Below, in pieces: positions 61,300 through 64,000 of a stretch of DNA of 64,000 nucleotides. The position numbers and the translations under genes are program-made. The notes below the pieces were generated by a model that saw only the letters and a list, made by a program, of their open reading frames with translations, did no database searches and was not told the DNA's origin. The DNA comes from Carcharhinus longimanus (Eukaryota): positions 18,493,674-18,557,673 of the forward strand of contig JASCQW010000156.1 of NCBI GenBank assembly GCA_030264375.1. Direction: 5' to 3'. The stretch's first letter is position 1, and each line of letters begins with the position of its first letter.

Positions 61300-61864
61300 C
61301 TGAAAAAGGAAAACCCAGATGTCAACTAAAAAATTCAAAGGGCAAGTATGCATCCCTCAATTACTGTCTGTTTAGTGGGTTATGCAAGCCTGTGAGACAA
61401 AACTGCATTTTGAATTTAACTGGAAGCCATTCAGCGCTCAAGCCTGCTCTGTGATTCAATTAGATCATGACTGATCTGTACTTCAACTCCAAATCCTTGC
61501 CTAACAAACTTAAATCAACCCTGAATGTCTGGGAAGCCCCAATATTCCGCCAGTTTTCAAAGCCATTTGGGGAATGAAATTCCAGATTTCTACTATCCTC
61601 AGTATAAAAAGGGGCTTTCTGATTTTACTTTTGGCCCAGCTCTAATTTTAAGTTTGTGCCTTCTGTTCTTGATGTTTTCAAGAGAGTGATGATAGTTTGA
61701 ATATTGACTGTGTTAAAATTTATGTTGGCGGAGGATGTTAACCGGTGATTCACTTGAATTCCTTAAAGCAGACAGAAAGAAACTGTCATTTGGTTGTTAG
61801 TATGTGTCTGCTTGTAATGGGTAACTCTGAGTAAATACAACATTGTGCAAAGATTGGCTCCTTT

Positions 61865-62272
61865 CATAAGAACATAAGAAATAGGAGCAGGAGTAGGCCA
61901 TCTAGCCCTTCGAGCCTGCCCCGCCNNNNNNNNNNNNNNNNNNNNNNNNNNNNNNNNNNNNNNNNNNNNNNNNNNNNNNNNNNNNNNNNNNNNNNNNNNN
62001 NNNNNNNNNNNNNNNNNNNNNNNNNAGCCCTAGCAGCTCACTCTGCTTCCCTCTCACTCCGCTGCCCGCTGTCTACAGCAGGCCTCCTTTTAAACCTAGC
62101 GCGGTTTGAAAGACTGCTTACCCACAAATCCCCGCGATCCACTCCCTTTGTATTCTCAAAGCCATAAACGCGAAAAAGCCCGCGAAAATGCTTTTAAATG
62201 ATTCTAACAGTTTTACAAGGTAATTTCTTACCTTACTCAGTGCTCCTTCACTCCGCCCGCTCCAGCGAACAA
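61865..62272 (-). mobile_element. CR1 LINE with 3' tail and probable 5' UTR flanking a gap of about 100 N
   Basis: (CATAAGAA)n tail plus ATAGGAGCAGGAGTAGGCCAT before the gap; CpG-retaining 5'UTR-like sequence after it. Confidence 0.6.
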
Positions 62273-62656
62273 TGAAAGTTTTTGACTATCCACTCCGTCC
62301 ATACCTCTCATAATCTTGTAGATCAATCATCATTGATCATTTAATTGCAGATTTCTAGTGAATTCAAATTTCACCATCTGCCATGGTAGGATTCGAACCC
62401 AGGACCTCAGAAGCATTACCCTGGGTCTCTAGATCACCAGTCTAGTGACAATACCACTATACCATCACCTCCCTATTTCCCACATATTGCCAAGGAACTG
62501 CCTACAGAGCAACCAGAAAATCCTTGCTCAACCCCATCCTTCTACCTGTAAACCATGTCCTCTGACAGGGGCCTTAAGGTGGGAGTGGTGGGAGGAAAAG
62601 AGGCAGACAAATACAAAATAGGTAACCAGAAAAAACAAGGAAACTACAGACGTCAC

Positions 62657-62815
62657 CTCTCTTTCTCTGTCGGTGGGTAATCAGAGCAATGATGGTTATC
62701 AGAATGGCCAGTAGCAGTAGTGTTGCCAGGATATATCCAAATTGATGAAGGAAATGTGAAGAATGTTCTGGAATAAAAACATTGACGACTTTCGGGACTT
62801 CAACTGATGTAGATG
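62657..62815 (-). CDS. MXRA8: MXRA8-like transmembrane exon
   Basis: TTTGTTTATTTTTAG|CA...AGA G|GTGACG, 159 nt, phase 1-1. STSVEVPKVVNVFIPEHSSHFLHQFGYILATLLLLAILITIIALITHRQRKR, compare human [42 protein letters not shown]. Confidence 0.92.
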
Positions 62816-63384
62816 CTAAAAATAAACAAATGAATAAAATCTTCAAAAATTAATTCACTCATTCAAGATTTGGAATCCACAAAGTGTCAATTTCTTGGCC
62901 TACTTGAGGTACAGTTAGTGGCACTAGGCACTATGGAGCTTGGTTGTGAAGTTTAGCTCCTGATGTAATTTTCATCTTTGAGGACTCTATAATTACCAAA
63001 TCTTGCAATTTCACTGAATGGCTCAGATTTGACTAAAATCCAGTAGATCTCCATTAAGGATATTCAGTTCTTGGTTCTTGATATTGATTCTTTAAAGTGG
63101 ATATTCCACATTTCTTTGCACTGTTTATCCAGCATTTATGGATAGCCAAGAAAGCACATTACTGCTAATAATTAATGATTAAGTAAGCCAATGTTCAGTA
63201 ATTACAGCCTCACTCTTTACACAAACACATAGGGCAGGATTTTCTGGCCGCACTCACCCTGAAACCAGAAAATCCTGCCCCAGTCAACAGATCTTTCCAT
63301 GATCCACCCCCCTTACCCTCTCCAATTCCTGTGGTGGGTGGAATGGGAAAATTTGCCTTATTAAGTTGTGCAGAAACAAATTAT

Positions 63385-64000
63385 CATGGATGCGAGAAAT
63401 CTGAAATTAAAACAGTGTGCTGGAAATAGTCAGTCTAGCAGCATCTGTGGAGAGAGAACAAAGTTTTATTTCAGATCAATAACTTTTTATCAGAAGTAGA
63501 AAAAGTTGGAAACATCATTGGTTTTCAGCATGTGAAAGAGGGTGGGGGAGCATGGGAAGAAGAAAAGGGAAGATCTGTGATAGAGTAGAGAGAAGGGATT
63601 AATGGATGAAAGTATCCAAGGTGCCACGGCCAAAAGGCAATGGATGTGCTAAAGGAGGTATGAATAAAATAATCTTGAATAGCTGCTGTATGTGAGAAAG
63701 CAGCAAAGGAAACAAAAGAGGCAGGGGTTACAATCTAAAGATCGAATCCTGAAGGCTGTAAAGTACGCAGTAAAAAGATGAGATGCTGTTCCTCAAGCTT
63801 GCACTGAGCTTTATTGGAAAACTGCAAGAGGTAGAGAGCAGAAAGGTCAGAGTGCGACCAATGCCCTGTATGTGGACTGAACAGAAATGTTCCTCAAAGC
63901 TGTTGCTGAGTCTGCGTTTGGTCTCTTCAAAATGAAGGACATGGGATTGTGAGCAATATACAGTATATTAAATTGAAAGGATAAGTAAATTGCTGTTTCA
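63385..64000 (-). mobile_element. Second Penelope-like family: GIY-YIG remnant plus terminal repeat
   Basis: Reverse strand FEETKRRLSNSFEEHFCSVH (compare YIGETKRRL..RF.EH) and AQCKLEEQHL. The terminal repeat GCAGCATCTGTGGAGAGAGAA is related to 20350-20530 and 40440-40535. Confidence 0.75.

Overview
Vertebrate genomic DNA, almost certainly an elasmobranch (shark): it is dense in HE1-type SINEs, CR1, L2, Rex1/Babar and RTE LINEs, Penelope-like elements and Gypsy remnants, and has many N gaps. Two host genes lie on the minus strand in tandem. The first is the last five coding exons of an MXRA8-like gene (62815 to 51240: TM helix and cytoplasmic tail, stop, polyA signal). About 29 kb further on is the CpG-island promoter and first coding exon (21639 to 21470, N-terminal DIX domain) of a DVL1-like Dishevelled gene, whose intron 1 apparently runs off the left edge. 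This is the MXRA8-DVL1 order of human 1p36.33. Most interesting observations: (i) a short dispersed element headed by the exact first 40 nt of U2 snRNA and ending in AATAAA plus an A tail, present twice (SINEU-like candidate); (ii) minimal hammerhead-ribozyme motifs in Penelope terminal repeats that form long palindromes, one folded exactly at the ribozyme's AGCT; (iii) an unusually divergent Dishevelled DIX exon with an Axin2-like TLGHFK motif, raising the possibility of an extra paralog. Exon coordinates were read base by base. Repeat boundaries are approximate, and family assignments come from recalled motifs, not database searches.
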